Positions 1-12,500 of a DNA stretch of 64,000 nt are shown here, piece by piece (position 1 is the stretch's first letter; each line of letters opens with the position of its first letter). This DNA is from Ruditapes philippinarum (lineage: Eukaryota), in contig NW_026865054.1 of assembly GCF_026571515.1 (NCBI RefSeq), positions 62,001-126,000 of the forward strand, read 5' to 3'. A program made the position numbers and the translations under genes. Below the pieces are notes generated by a model, which saw only the letters and a program-made list of their open reading frames with translations, had not been told where the DNA came from and ran no database searches.

Positions 1-2499
1 ACTGTTTCTTTTTTATAAGACAGCTCTCGGCTGATACAATATTGCCATGTACATGTAATAATATATGGTTGTGTATGACACTGATCTTTATTATAGAATA
101 AATATCAATCAATCGTTATATGCGATATTCTCTTATCAATTCTTATTTAACCGATCTGGGGGAATCTTTTTTTTTTCTTAGAATGTTTAAACTATTTAGT
201 TACTTTATAAAATTAATAGTCTCCCATACGAAAAGACAATATACTGTTAGGCTTTCGTATGATTTAGTATGACCAGTTATATGATGAAGAATAATACTTT
301 GTTATAGAAAATGTATTATCTGCTATATATGAATATGTAATATCGGATCTTGTATCTAGCATTCATTTATATCACCAATATATAATTCCTGTGTGGTTTG
401 TGGTCACGTATGATACTAAATACTATCAACATGATTTTATGGTATTGAATACCTTCAATTAAGAACCAATTCACTTGAATAGATTTTTTTTCTTTGGTAA
501 TATACTAGGTGTTTACACGGTTTATGCTTTTCTGGCAATATTTCATGGCTTACTTTTGAAACAAAGGCAAAATGAATATGTTTCTACATACAAGAAAGTG
601 AAAACGAAAACAAAGATGATTATCTAAACAACTAAGCAAACATCGCTTTACAAAATGTTTAATTATTGGGACAAAACTTGATACAATACAATACAATACA
701 ATACTCTTTATTATTAAGTCAGGTTATAAACATGGTAACAACATGACAATTTATCCAAAATGTGATTAATATATATATTATCTATTAAAGAAATCACAAA
801 CAAATAGAAATATAAATCGTGTAGCAATTTAGCACAACATGTTCAATCAATATAACTGTATTGCAGACGCTGTTTAGATTATTAATTTCAAATTGATTTT
901 GTATACATTATTAAATTGGATAAATATCTATTAATATCACGATAAATATTTTTGTCCTTATATGCATGTTCAATTGTGGTTGTTTTACAATAATTTTAGA
1001 AGGCCACAATTGAAATAAGATATACATGTATATGATTGATGTTGTATATTCTTAATGTGTTTCCTTCTATGAATTAATTTTATTATTATTATTTCCTCCA
1101 ATACACATGAATTATTGACATATGATGATTCACAAAATATTGACACGCGTGATTGTTATCAAACATTGGCATTGATGATTGAACGGCATATAACAAATAA
1201 TGATATCTACCAAACATGGACATGGATTATTGACATGTGATATACAGCTTAACCTGTAGATGAATAATTAGAAATCATTTGAAAATTAAAAATGCTTGAT
1301 GTTTCCAATTAGCATTTGTTGGCAAATGTATTAAAGTTATCAAGTTTCAAGTTTATATTGTTACCTCAAGGAAACAACAATACATCAAACATTACAAAAC
1401 AAATTAAAGTGACATATAGTAAAGTGAACCATTGTAATGCTATGAACATATGTACATAAGACAAAATAATAGAAATAATACAATTGCAACTTTAAAATGG
1501 GAGAATGAGATCATTATTAAATTAAATATGAACACAAATATTATATATACAAGGTCAAGTTATCCCAAGTACCAGGGATGAAGTAACTCGAGAGGATGTG
1601 ATCCTACAAAAACAGGACTTGCAGAAAAATTGACATGAAAAAGACATCATCGATGTAGCAACTGATGCGGACCGTCATTGACACGGATGTATATCGGGCA
1701 TATGGTTGATTACGGTGCCAGAATAAATAAACATAAATTCCACACACTATATTTGTATTGTCTGATATGTTGAATTAAATCATGTAAAGCAATATTCTTA
1801 CTACAAATGCTTTTGCAAACGTTCCACCAGACCCGAGCAAAGGCAACATGTTATGTGTGGGCGGATTGTACAGTGAACAACTTGTTTGACTTGCGAATCG
1901 CCATACATTAATTTCAAAATGTCAAAATTAAAGTGCCCATACAATGGACACTGTTGAAAAACATTTTAAGACCCGAAACCTATCGGAACATATTAAAAAC
2001 ATAAAAAAATGTTTTCGTGCCGAAAAAGAACGCTGTCAAATTGGGTTTGCTTTTACCAATCAAAACTATTGTAACAAGTTTCGCAAATATCCCATATTGC
2101 GAATGACTGTCCATATAAAAAATTGTTTCCAGACCATAATTATTTCTTTTGAGTACATATTTAATGTTTTATATATAGTTTGTCCATTTAAACAATTTTA
2201 ACCCCCTTTTTTCTTTAACTTCACAATCGATTATTTTTAATGTACATAGGACCATTTATTTTTATAGAACAAAAATATAGTTTAAGTAATTAACTTCATT
2301 TGGCATGGACTAATGCAACGTTTGTCACGTAATACATATTTCCTAATTTAAAAAATGCATAACAACTCACTCAAATGATCACCAATTTGAAAGTTTTTAT
2401 CAGTTTCGCTCGCTTGAACCCAGACACTTTGCGTCCTATTCAAAACTTTTAAACATATTGAAATTAAAAATCCATTAACTTAGCAAATATATCACATAC

Positions 2500-2800
2500 C
2501 TGGACCAATCACAGCATGAGGCTTGTATTTATGGTACATCTCAGAGAATAAGGCTCCCCATTTAGACGCAACACAAGTTGGAACATCACACGGTGTAATA
2601 ATATACTCTAAATTTGCAACATCCTTTAGCATATATTGTGTTTTATTAATTGCTATGTCAATTAAACCTTTTGTTCTGTTAATGGAAAATGGAAAATCCA
2701 AAATAGCCGATCTTTCTAGAAGAACGCCAATTGTTATATTTAAGCAATATGTTTTCGCAATTAATTGTACACAAAACACTGTGAAGTAAAGGAACCCCAT
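2500..2800 (-). CDS. First coding exon of a natriuretic peptide receptor / receptor guanylyl cyclase-like gene (signal peptide plus start of an ANF-receptor ligand-binding domain); later exons not found, probably left of the window
   Basis: ATG at 2800. Hydrophobic leader MGFLYFTVFCVQLIAKTYC, then NITIGVLL...GLIDIAI...HAVIGPG, ending at a phase-1 donor G|GTATGT (GT at 2499-2498). IGVLL and xIGPG(C) are typical of the periplasmic-binding-fold ANF receptor domain. Confidence 0.65.
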
Positions 2801-4436
2801 GCTTAAATTGTTAAACGAAATCCATACGCAACAATTGTCAGTTATGTCACTGCTTACTTTTACCTAGCATTGTCTGACTTAGCTTTACAACTGTGGTATG
2901 ATCATTGCGATGGTTTTATTGAATTTAGCAACAATTTAGATTGGTAATCATTTACATTTATTGGAAATGTCACACACAGATAAAAGTCGCTTCTTCTAGA
3001 CAGATAAAGATTTATAACCAAATGAGATTCAGGTATAGCAATATAATGTCATCTCCTAGATGATGAAGTCAGATGGTGCTGTTATTAATTATGAACACAA
3101 AAAATTAATGGTAATAAAATTTATTAAAATTAATTAATTTATTTATTTCAATGCTAAGCGCAAATGGAGCAGAAATGGCATGAATATTTCTTTTAGACTT
3201 TAGCAGTTTGTTCATCGTCCATTTGCATCAATGTCAAACAATGAATATATGTATCATTTATACAGTATAAAAAATAATAGTTGTACATATGACATGCTAA
3301 AAGAAAATGGACCAGTTACATAATTCAGGCTAGGAATTTAATATAGATCTTCACATGATCAGTTTTCTAACTTGGATACATGGCATCAAACGTTATCGTA
3401 CAAGTTATGAATAATTAATGATTTTTTTAGGTTTGATAAAACAATAATCTTACAATCAACAGACAGCGGAAATATAGATTTATACCCTTTAAGACTTTAT
3501 AAACTAACAACACAAGTAAACAATTGCAATTTATTCTTTTACGAAATAAATCAGCTCTAATGTAACGAAATATATACCAGAAAGCACAAAAATCGTGAGT
3601 TCTCTGCTAGCCAACTATCTGGTTGATTTCTGTTTCCAATCTGAAACGTAAGTAAACCTATTTAATATTTTACATGAATGACACATTCACCAAACATATC
3701 CTTTTAAGTACAGAACCTAAAATAAAGAAAAAACGGAATCCCTAGAAACAGCCCAAAACTGAAAATGTTGCAGACTCGGTTTGATTGGGCCTCTTCATAA
3801 ATGGTTTTGGAAAGTTATCATTCATAGTCCCCATCATCGGCTTCATTTAATCATGGTAATGGTGAAAACATCCGTAGATATGTTCATACAATACTTAAGA
3901 CCCTATTTCAACTAACATTAAGTCAGGAACGTTGCATACACATTAAACGCTTAATGAACAAAGTCGACAACAAATTAAAATTTCATGTGCTTTTAACATT
4001 ATGTAAAGGAAAAATAAAATATTGCATACACTAGTTTGTTTGAATATATGTCAAAAAGTAATGCTTATTACTCTTTTGCACTTATATGTATTATGAGTAT
4101 TAAGTGTTGTATATAACAATCATATGATTTAATGTTCAATTTTTTATATTGATATAAATTATAGCTACAAAATTACAACAATATTTTGTTTCCAATAGCG
4201 AGGTAAGTCATGTAAATAATAGAATAAAACAGTGAACTGTTTGAAGGTAAAAAAACAAAATGTTTGGGTACAAAGCATCACCAATCAATGCAATATTTAA
4301 TTATTCAAGTTTTAACCAGACCACATTATCATTTGTAAAAGGATACTATTCACCAGACAGTAACAAAATCATGTCCTAGAGTGCGGATAATTTCATTAAG
4401 CATTTTAACAAAACGAACTGGATTATGGTCTTTGGA

Positions 4437-4600
4437 GGTAACAGGTCATATACGACAACATATCTGCTACGACAACTGGTCGTATCCGACAACATATCTG
4501 ATACGAAAACAGGTTTAATACGACAACAGATCTAGTATGAAAACAGGTCTTATACGACAACAAATCTGGTACGAAAACAGGTCTTATACGACCAACTGGT
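4437..4600. repeat. Minisatellite, ~33-34 bp unit (two related ~17-bp halves), ~5 copies
   Basis: Recurring AACAGGTCTTATACGACAACAnATCTGnTACGA(A) immediately downstream of the lectin stop codon. Confidence 0.8.
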
Positions 4601-4609
4601 AAGTTAAAC

Positions 4610-7177
4610 TTACTCAATCTCACAAATGAAGTAATGTTTCTCTTCACATGTCCCGTCATCCCATACACCATTCCAATACAAGGCAATACAGTCTTGTACA
4701 AAACTACTTGGGTCTCCAGGATTCCACTTGGTATACTGCAATTAATTATTGTCAATTGTTTCTGTTGAAAACATATGTAAAAATATAAACAAAACAATTC
4801 ATTAGTGTGCGTGCGTGCGTGTGTGTGTGTGTGTGTGTGTGTGTTCGCGCGCGTGTTCGTTATATGTCTTTGAGCTATGTGATTTGCATTATGAAAAATA
4901 CCGATATTTACGGTACTGATCCTGTGCAATTTTCATGTCATTTGCATACAGGAAGAGGTTCGAAATACTATGCTGAAATCACTGAGAACCATTTATTTTG
5001 TCGTCGTAATAAAATAAATTATTTGATATTACAATGTCTAAAAACATGCAATTTAAGATCCGTACGTAAACCGTAGTTTTGCAGATTATATAAGAACATT
5101 TTACCTTAACAGGCTTGACAGCAGGTACCCACAACCACTCGCCCTCAGTGACGGCATCTGTCCCTCCAATCCAATAGTAATTTGTCGTGTGATCTCTTCC
5201 CGCTAAAGTGATAAGTGTGTAATGTATTGCTTAGTATATTTTATACTGAACAGATGTTAAAAACAAAAAATTATTGTTTATTAATAGAAAGTAAAGGTTG
5301 AAATCTCGGACATTGTTGAACAATATATGTACCCACATTACTCAACAAAATGAAAGGAGGTGTTAAAGGCGTAATAGAATTAATAAAAGAGAATCTACTT
5401 TAGGTATTTTCAAATTTAACTACACCCTAGAATTTCACCTTGTCAAGAAAGATAAAGACATAAAGCATGTCACACCTCTTCAAGTCATTGCTTGTTCAAT
5501 AGTTTTATTAAGTTTATACACTGTTATACGATGAACGTATTCTGTTAAATTCAATAAACGTAAACAAACCGTTTGCTGTTGTGTTTAGGAATATTGTTAT
5601 AAAGTGCTGCTCTCCTTCAGATTCAATATAAGCCAGGTGTCCACCGAATGCCTCACAAAACACCTGAAATAATACTAACTCTAAGAAGGCTAGCAAACAC
5701 AACAGTGAAGTCTGTCCGAAATGGACCGTTCAAATTAAAAACAGTCTGCATATTCTAGAACACAAAATTTAATAACGTTATTTTTTCTATAATCTCTAAC
5801 ACAAAAAAGGTTCAAGTACAAAACACAAATTATTGTTAAACGGTTATGGATAATCGTTGGTGTTACTACTATAGAACGAGTAGCCATGCCAATAGAAAAG
5901 AATTCAAATATCAAGATTTAGTTTAATTGTTTTGTTTTGTTGTTTTCCTTTCAATTTGGCATAGTTTACTCTCAGTGATATATCATTCAATAAATATTTC
6001 ACCTGTGTGGACCAAGCTTATTGGCACAGCATCTGATTATTTGACAATTTGTTTTATATTGTGTTAATATCAAACAGGTCTTATATTACTAATATTATAT
6101 CAACTACCAGGTATTATTGAATATCAATGAATCTGATAGCTTTATCTGTTATCATGCATAGTTATTTGTCACAATTAAAGTTGTATACCATGTAAATTAA
6201 GTCGATACAAATAAAACTGAAAACACATATTGATAAAATACAGACAAAAATAAGAAACAACCATTGAAAGAAATCTTAATTATAGCTAGGACACAAGTAA
6301 AAATTTGTTAGTGGGAGGTTGAGCAAAAGGAAGCGAACGAAACTCTCTATAGGTCTTCTACCTGAATTAGAAAATATCGTACAATTGCATTGTCTGAAGT
6401 AATTGCCCGCTACATTTGCACATAATATGGGATCTATATAGAGTAGTATGTGCAAAAATTTAAACAAAAGAAGGCGGGGCTTAGAAACAGGCGAAAATGT
6501 ATGAATTTTAAAATCTTTATGATATAGAACTAATTTGTACTATCGATCAACAATTCGTTTACTAAAACTATTACAATTATGTTCTACATATATGGATAAC
6601 TCACATAGGCGTCCGTCCAAGTTGCTTTTCGGTCTGTAATGACATAACAGGAATTGTCATGCCTCGTGTAACCATTTGGACAATGTGTAAATACTGGAGC
6701 GTCAGCGTGACGTTTTTCTAAAATATTGAAAATTCTTACTTAAGTTGATCATCTTTTAAAATAGTTACATAAGATAGTAACGATGTAAAATAATAAATGT
6801 AAAAATGCCTACTTTAAATTTGATTAATAGACGAAAAGAAATGGAATTATTTACAATTTTGCATCAGTGCATCAATAAGCATTCTGTTTCTAAAACCAAC
6901 TAAGCAAGTGTCGACATGTATTGAGGTAAATGTGGTTTTTAGAACAATTCATGCAACTGCTACAAAAAAAACAACAACAACATTTTGAAATCAGAAAATG
7001 AAACGAATTAATAGTCAGTTATTTAATAAATTTATTTAAGTATCTATTAAGATAAAATTTACCTCTATCCAGTCCATGTCTCCTCAGAAAGTCACTTACA
7101 TGATTCCTTTGCTCAGCATAAAGTTTTGATAACAAAGTAATAAAGCACAAAGTTCTAAATAATTTTGATATGACCAT
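4610..7177 (-). CDS. Secreted single-domain C-type lectin (perlucin-like), 5 coding exons, ~181 aa
   Basis: Exons 7177-7063, 6717-6605, 5663-5570, 5202-5105, 4735-4610; all introns GT-AG with matching phases (1,0,1,0). Protein: MVISKLFRTLCFITLLSKLYA (signal)...CPNGYTRHDNSCY..ATWTDAYVFCEAFGGHLAYIESEGEQHFI..YYWIGGTDAVTEGEWLW..YTKWNPGDPSSFVQDCIALYWNGVWDDGTCEEKHYFICEIE*. Long-form CTLD cysteines and the WIGG motif are present. Confidence 0.92.
4805..4856. repeat. (GT)n/(GCGT)n microsatellite in lectin intron 4
   Basis: gtgtgcgtgcgtgcgtgtgtgtgtgtgtgtgtgtgtgtgt. It explains the THTH/CVCV spurious ORFs. Confidence 0.95.
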
Positions 7178-8139
7178 TTTGTTGCTTCTTTTGATTTGTA
7201 GTCTTTCGGTGAAGCTAGATTTTTAGTCATGAACTTGACAGACAGTGGTTAAAGTTTAACATTAAAAGATTAGTTATCAGCAAAACAGTTAACTAAATAA
7301 ACAAAGGTGCAAAGAGATTTAAAAATTTATTTTACATCATTTAAATTGTACTATGACTTTCTGAATTGATATGACAAATGAAGTTTGTATGTCACAATTA
7401 AAGTTATTTTCAGGATTTTTTCTTTTTTCTCTCGTATCAAATGAGAAATTGAGACTCAATATGTAACACTTCACATTTCTGTTAGTTTGGTTAAAAGAGG
7501 ATCAGTTGAAAGCATTTGGCTCGAAGTTGATAATTGTCTAAGCTTTTTGTAAAAATCATTTTTATATGAATAAATTTCTTAAAAATGATGACTTTCTATA
7601 TAATTCAATACAGTACTTTAGTACTATGTCTTAGTTTATCTGATACACGTTCAGAAAAAAATACCGTTATAGCTTTTGTACAACGAACAAGGCCTTGAGT
7701 ATTGTAAGCATTAAAAATCACACGCATACACACCATGTTAGTCCACGATATCGTTCTCTCTACAACTCGGATCAAAACACTTAAAGCACTGGCTAAATTT
7801 AAAATGAATCAGGCCATATTAAAGAGTATTTAGGCATGAAATTTACTAGTAAATTATTTTTATGTGTGTCTAGTGCATAAAATTAAAATTTAACAAAAAA
7901 AATCCATGTCCTTTTCTACATAAATCTGTAGTTTTATTCTTATCATTTTATACACATACTTGCATATTTATCCGCATTAAATGTTTGTTGATAAGCAAAT
8001 TACTACGTTTTGGATTTAGATATTTAAAACTATAGTTCATTAATACCTATTTCATGCAACTAGCACATGGTATACTTTCTAAAGAGGGTCGAAAAAGAGT
8101 AACAATCTGGCTCGACATGAGTGTGTTTGGAACGTGTAT

Positions 8140-8300
8140 GCAAGATACTATCAAGATAGCTTACGAAACGTCACTCATTGTACGCAGATGCCGTTTGTGC
8201 CTGAAACAATTTTGCAAAGAACCGCACCTGAGATCTTTTTCCACCAGTAAAGCTGAAGAGTCGCCATCATGACCTACACTGTTTTTGTGCGACGTACCCC
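8140..8300 (+). mobile_element. Degenerate copy of the V-type SINE body
   Basis: tagcttacgaaacgtc...gccgtttgtgcctgaaac...gcacctgagatctttt...taaagctg aligns with the SINE at 26255-26533. Confidence 0.65.
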
Positions 8301-9539
8301 CCTCCCGCCGAAAAAAAAAGACAATTAAATGAGACATGCTTTTAAATTTTCTTTTATAGGTGTAATTACATTGTGCTCGTTATAGTATAGATATCACTTA
8401 TGCATAATATTAGTCTTCATCCAATTCTTAAAAATATCGAAATTGAAACTTTTCAATAAACATCAAAACAAACTTGTTTTAATTTCTTTCACTCAATTAA
8501 CAGATATTTTTACTATTGGTTGAATATAAGTATAAATATAGGTTGAATATAGGTATAAATATAGGTATAAATAAACATACATTATTTTAAAAATTTAAAA
8601 ATTTGTCTAGAAAATGTGTGTTTCGCTGGCGTTTAACTTTTCAAGACATCAAAATTGCTACAATCAAGTTTTCTTCGTTATACTCAAGTTCTATAAACAC
8701 GATAGGTTAGAGTGTTAAGAAAATAGTTACTCCGTTGCCCCCCAAAAAAATCTCCGTTGCGTATTTTAGTCATACCCGATGAATTTAGGGTAACTTATGT
8801 ATATATCTGGAAAAACTAATTTTTATTTTTGCATCAAAAGCTAATGTGAAAAATGAATTTTCTAGCGTATTTGTTGTTTAAGGGTTGGTTATAAAGTAAA
8901 TTATTGTTAATTTAGTTATAATATTGTGATTTGTGTGGAAATTTGTTTACATTTTTTTTGGACACCAAATTGCCTGTCAGACCTCAGTGGAGCTCCTTTA
9001 ATATGCCTAATCAACGTAATTATTATTCGCTTTACAGAAATTTTATTATAGACAAATTCATTTAATTTAAAGCAGCGATTTTGTGTCGTTTCCATCACCT
9101 ACTGTTAAAATTGATAAATAGAGGATACAACGCTAACTGTCGGAATTGGGTGTATCAATTTATCACCGATACACGCTGTAAGTATTTAACTTTTCCAAAC
9201 CAATGTACCAGTCAACACCAGTCTATTTGTGATGCAAGCTGTACGAGACTGACAGTGGCTGCGAATTATGCCACAGATGAAAGGAATTATCAAATATAGG
9301 TTGTCTAGTTAGCTAGCAGATGGATGTTTAATGGTTCTACTCCGGGACAACATCTAGCCTGAAACGTTGCACTTAGACGCACATCTTCATGTACCAAACG
9401 GACCTATAGTGTCGCCATATGACTTAAAAAACAACAAATTAATTGTAATATGTTGAGTTTCAACAGTTTGTTTAGATAAAATAAATATTTACATTTCGAG
9501 ATAATTATCGCCGGCCCTTGTCTATAACATACATTGCAC

Positions 9540-12500
9540 ATAGGGAAACATCTGCAAAAAAAGCTGGAGAGTTGCCATGATGTGGAATAAGAGCTGTGAC
9601 TCCTGGAGCAATAAAGGACTTGGCAGACACTGTGAAAGTTGATCAAGACTGGTATCGATTCTTCGAGAGTCCCGGTGCTGATATACGCGCAAGAAGCAGA
9701 CGTGTTTGGGGCTGCTTTTTACACCTCTGTGCCGGCAGATTTGTAAGATTGGAAGTTGTTTCAGTGTGGAGAGAGATAGACACGGTGTATTGTGAAAGAT
9801 AATGAGTCATAGTTATGTTCATAAGACGGTTCGAAAACCTGTCAAATCAAATAATATGTCGATATAATTATTGCTATTTCCTTTTTGTAAGATGGGCTAG
9901 ACTTTTGCTTGGACGAGGAAATTCTCATGGCTTTGTTAATTGTAGTTTGACTTGCAAGCTACTTTATGACTCTTCGGTGGTTTTACTTAAATATCTACAC
10001 TTGTTAGAAACAATACATATAACGGCAATTTTTCATTTACCAATGTAGTTTGAATGTCGCCATATGTCTTAAAAAGAAATATAATTTGTAACTAGTTAAA
10101 TTTTAAAAAGATTGGTTTAAAGTAAATGTTCACATTTTGCGATTTGAATGTTGTTCTGTTAACCCTAGTGACCTTTCAGTAAACCCTTGAACAATGAATG
10201 CTAGATTGGTGTCCAACGTTGTGACGGTGGTCATTGGTGGATAATGTCGAAATGTGGATGGTTGTGTAACATTCGTGAAAAGTTTGTCTTGGGAAGTTGC
10301 ATGATGGAGCATTGGTAAATTGTGTATTATGTAAATGGCATTGTTATTCTTGAGACAGGCCAGCATCGAAGGAGAAATAAAGTTTGTTCTTTTATTGAAT
10401 ATTTCATTAAGTTAATATATATTTGAAAGGTTTATTCAATAAATAAGTAATAATTTCAATAAGGTATATTTTACAGATGATAGGAATTATCAAATATAGG
10501 TTGTCTAGTTAGCTAGGAAATGGAAATTTAATGGTTCTACTCCGGTGCAACCCCTTGCCTGAAATATTGCACTTAGGCGCACATCTAAAGAGCTGGAATT
10601 TCCCCATATGAAATAAATTGTAATATGGTGGGTTTAAAAGGTTTTAGATAACATGGTTTAAGTAAATATTTACATATTGATATAATTGCCACCGGCCTTT
10701 CTCTATATTATTGCATTTAGGGACACATTTGCAAATAATGTTGGAGAGTTCCCATGTTGCATAAGAGCTGTGACTACTGGAGCAATGAAGGACTTTGCAG
10801 ACTCCATGAACTGGATCAAGACTGGTACCGATTCTTCCAGAGTCCCGGTGTGTTGGACTTTATTCCGTTCTGATGTCCTGGCCACGTGTTTCACTGTGGA
10901 TTGTTACTTTAAATGTTAAAATGTTGTACTATTGTTGTCGTTATAACCTGTTGTCTAATAGTTGTTAAAATATGTATTTCCAATGTATTAACATTCATAT
11001 TTAAAATACAATTTCTCCCAAATAAAATACTGTATGCCCCTTTTTTCTATTTGCTGTTTTCCGATTGTCAAATATGTGTCATAATACATGTATCAGTTGC
11101 GATTTCCTGGTCAAGCGGGCCGTTAAATTCTAAACATATTGTGCTGTAATTAAAATCTGTTAATATTTGTTTTAAAAAGGAATTTCCAATGTTACTAACC
11201 TGTATATTCCAATTACTTCCATCCAATAAATTACTGTATGTGTCATTTAATTCTATTACAATTCTGGTTTCAAATTGTCCAACCTGTGTCATAATATTTT
11301 CCGTTGCGATGTCCTGGCTACGCGTTGTCGGTTATTTTTCGCTAGAATGTAAACATATGGTACTTGTATGTTATAATATTTGTTAAATTGTATTTCTAAT
11401 GTTACTAATTTGTATGTCTCGGTCAAGTTTCTCTCATCCACGTAAAATATTATTAGTGTCCTGTATTTCTTTTAATATTGCGGTTGTCAAATATGTGTCC
11501 TAATATTTTCCGTTCCGATGTTCTGACTATGCGGGACGTCATGTATTTTTGCTCTAAATGTAAACGTATTGTACGTGTGTCGTAATTATTTTCTATGGTC
11601 TAATATTTGTTAAAACGCATTTCTAATGTTACTAAATTTTATGTTTAAATCAACATAACTTCCATCAAAAAAAATTATTTGTGTCCCCTATTTCTATTTT
11701 GTTGCTTTCCAGTTGTTAAATATATGTCATTAAAATTTCATTTGCGATGTCCTGGCCACGCGGGAAGTCGGTTATTTTTCGCTTAAATGTAAACATATTG
11801 TACTTTTGTTGTTGTCTAATATGTATTCAAAATGTATTTCTAACATGTATTATAATTAAATTACAATTACTCCCATCCAAAAAAAATACTGTGTGCCTTT
11901 TATTTCTATTTTGCTATATTCCAGTTGTCAAATAAGTGTCATAATAATTTTAGTTGCGATGTTCTGGCTACGCGGGTAGTCGATTAATCTTTCGCTTAAA
12001 ATGTAAACATTTTGTATTTGTGTTGTAATTAGAATATGTTGTTTAATATTTGATTAAAAAGATATTTCCAGTGTTACTAACATGTATATATAAATTACAA
12101 TTATGTCCTTCCAAACAATATTGTATGGTTCCCCTTTAATTCTATTAGAATTCTTTAGATGTGTCATGATATTTTCCGTTGCGATGTCCTGGCTACGCGG
12201 GTCGTCGGTTATTTTTCGCTTAATTGTAAACATATGGTACTTTTAATTAAAATATGCTGTCTAATATTTGTCGAAATGTATTTAAATGTTATATATTGAT
12301 TGTTTCAATCACATTTCTCCCATCTTAACAAAATATTCTTTAATATTGCGGTTGTTAAATATGCGTCATAATATTTTCATCACCTCTGTCTTAATAAAGT
12401 TATTTTCTTATGTTTCGTTTGCCAACTATCTCCTATAAATACTTCATTTTGTACGAGTGTATGTCCAAATGTTTCATGATGATATGATACGATTTGAATG

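Noticed and set aside
1555-1603. Possible extra last exon of the lectin, or exon 2 of the receptor gene
   Set aside because: An acceptor-like TTTTTGTAG exists on -, but no frame gives family motifs, and it lies beyond the receptor first exon.
4423-5076. 168-aa and 89-aa ORFs
   Set aside because: They are produced by the microsatellite and minisatellite and overlap the real lectin exon in another frame or strand.
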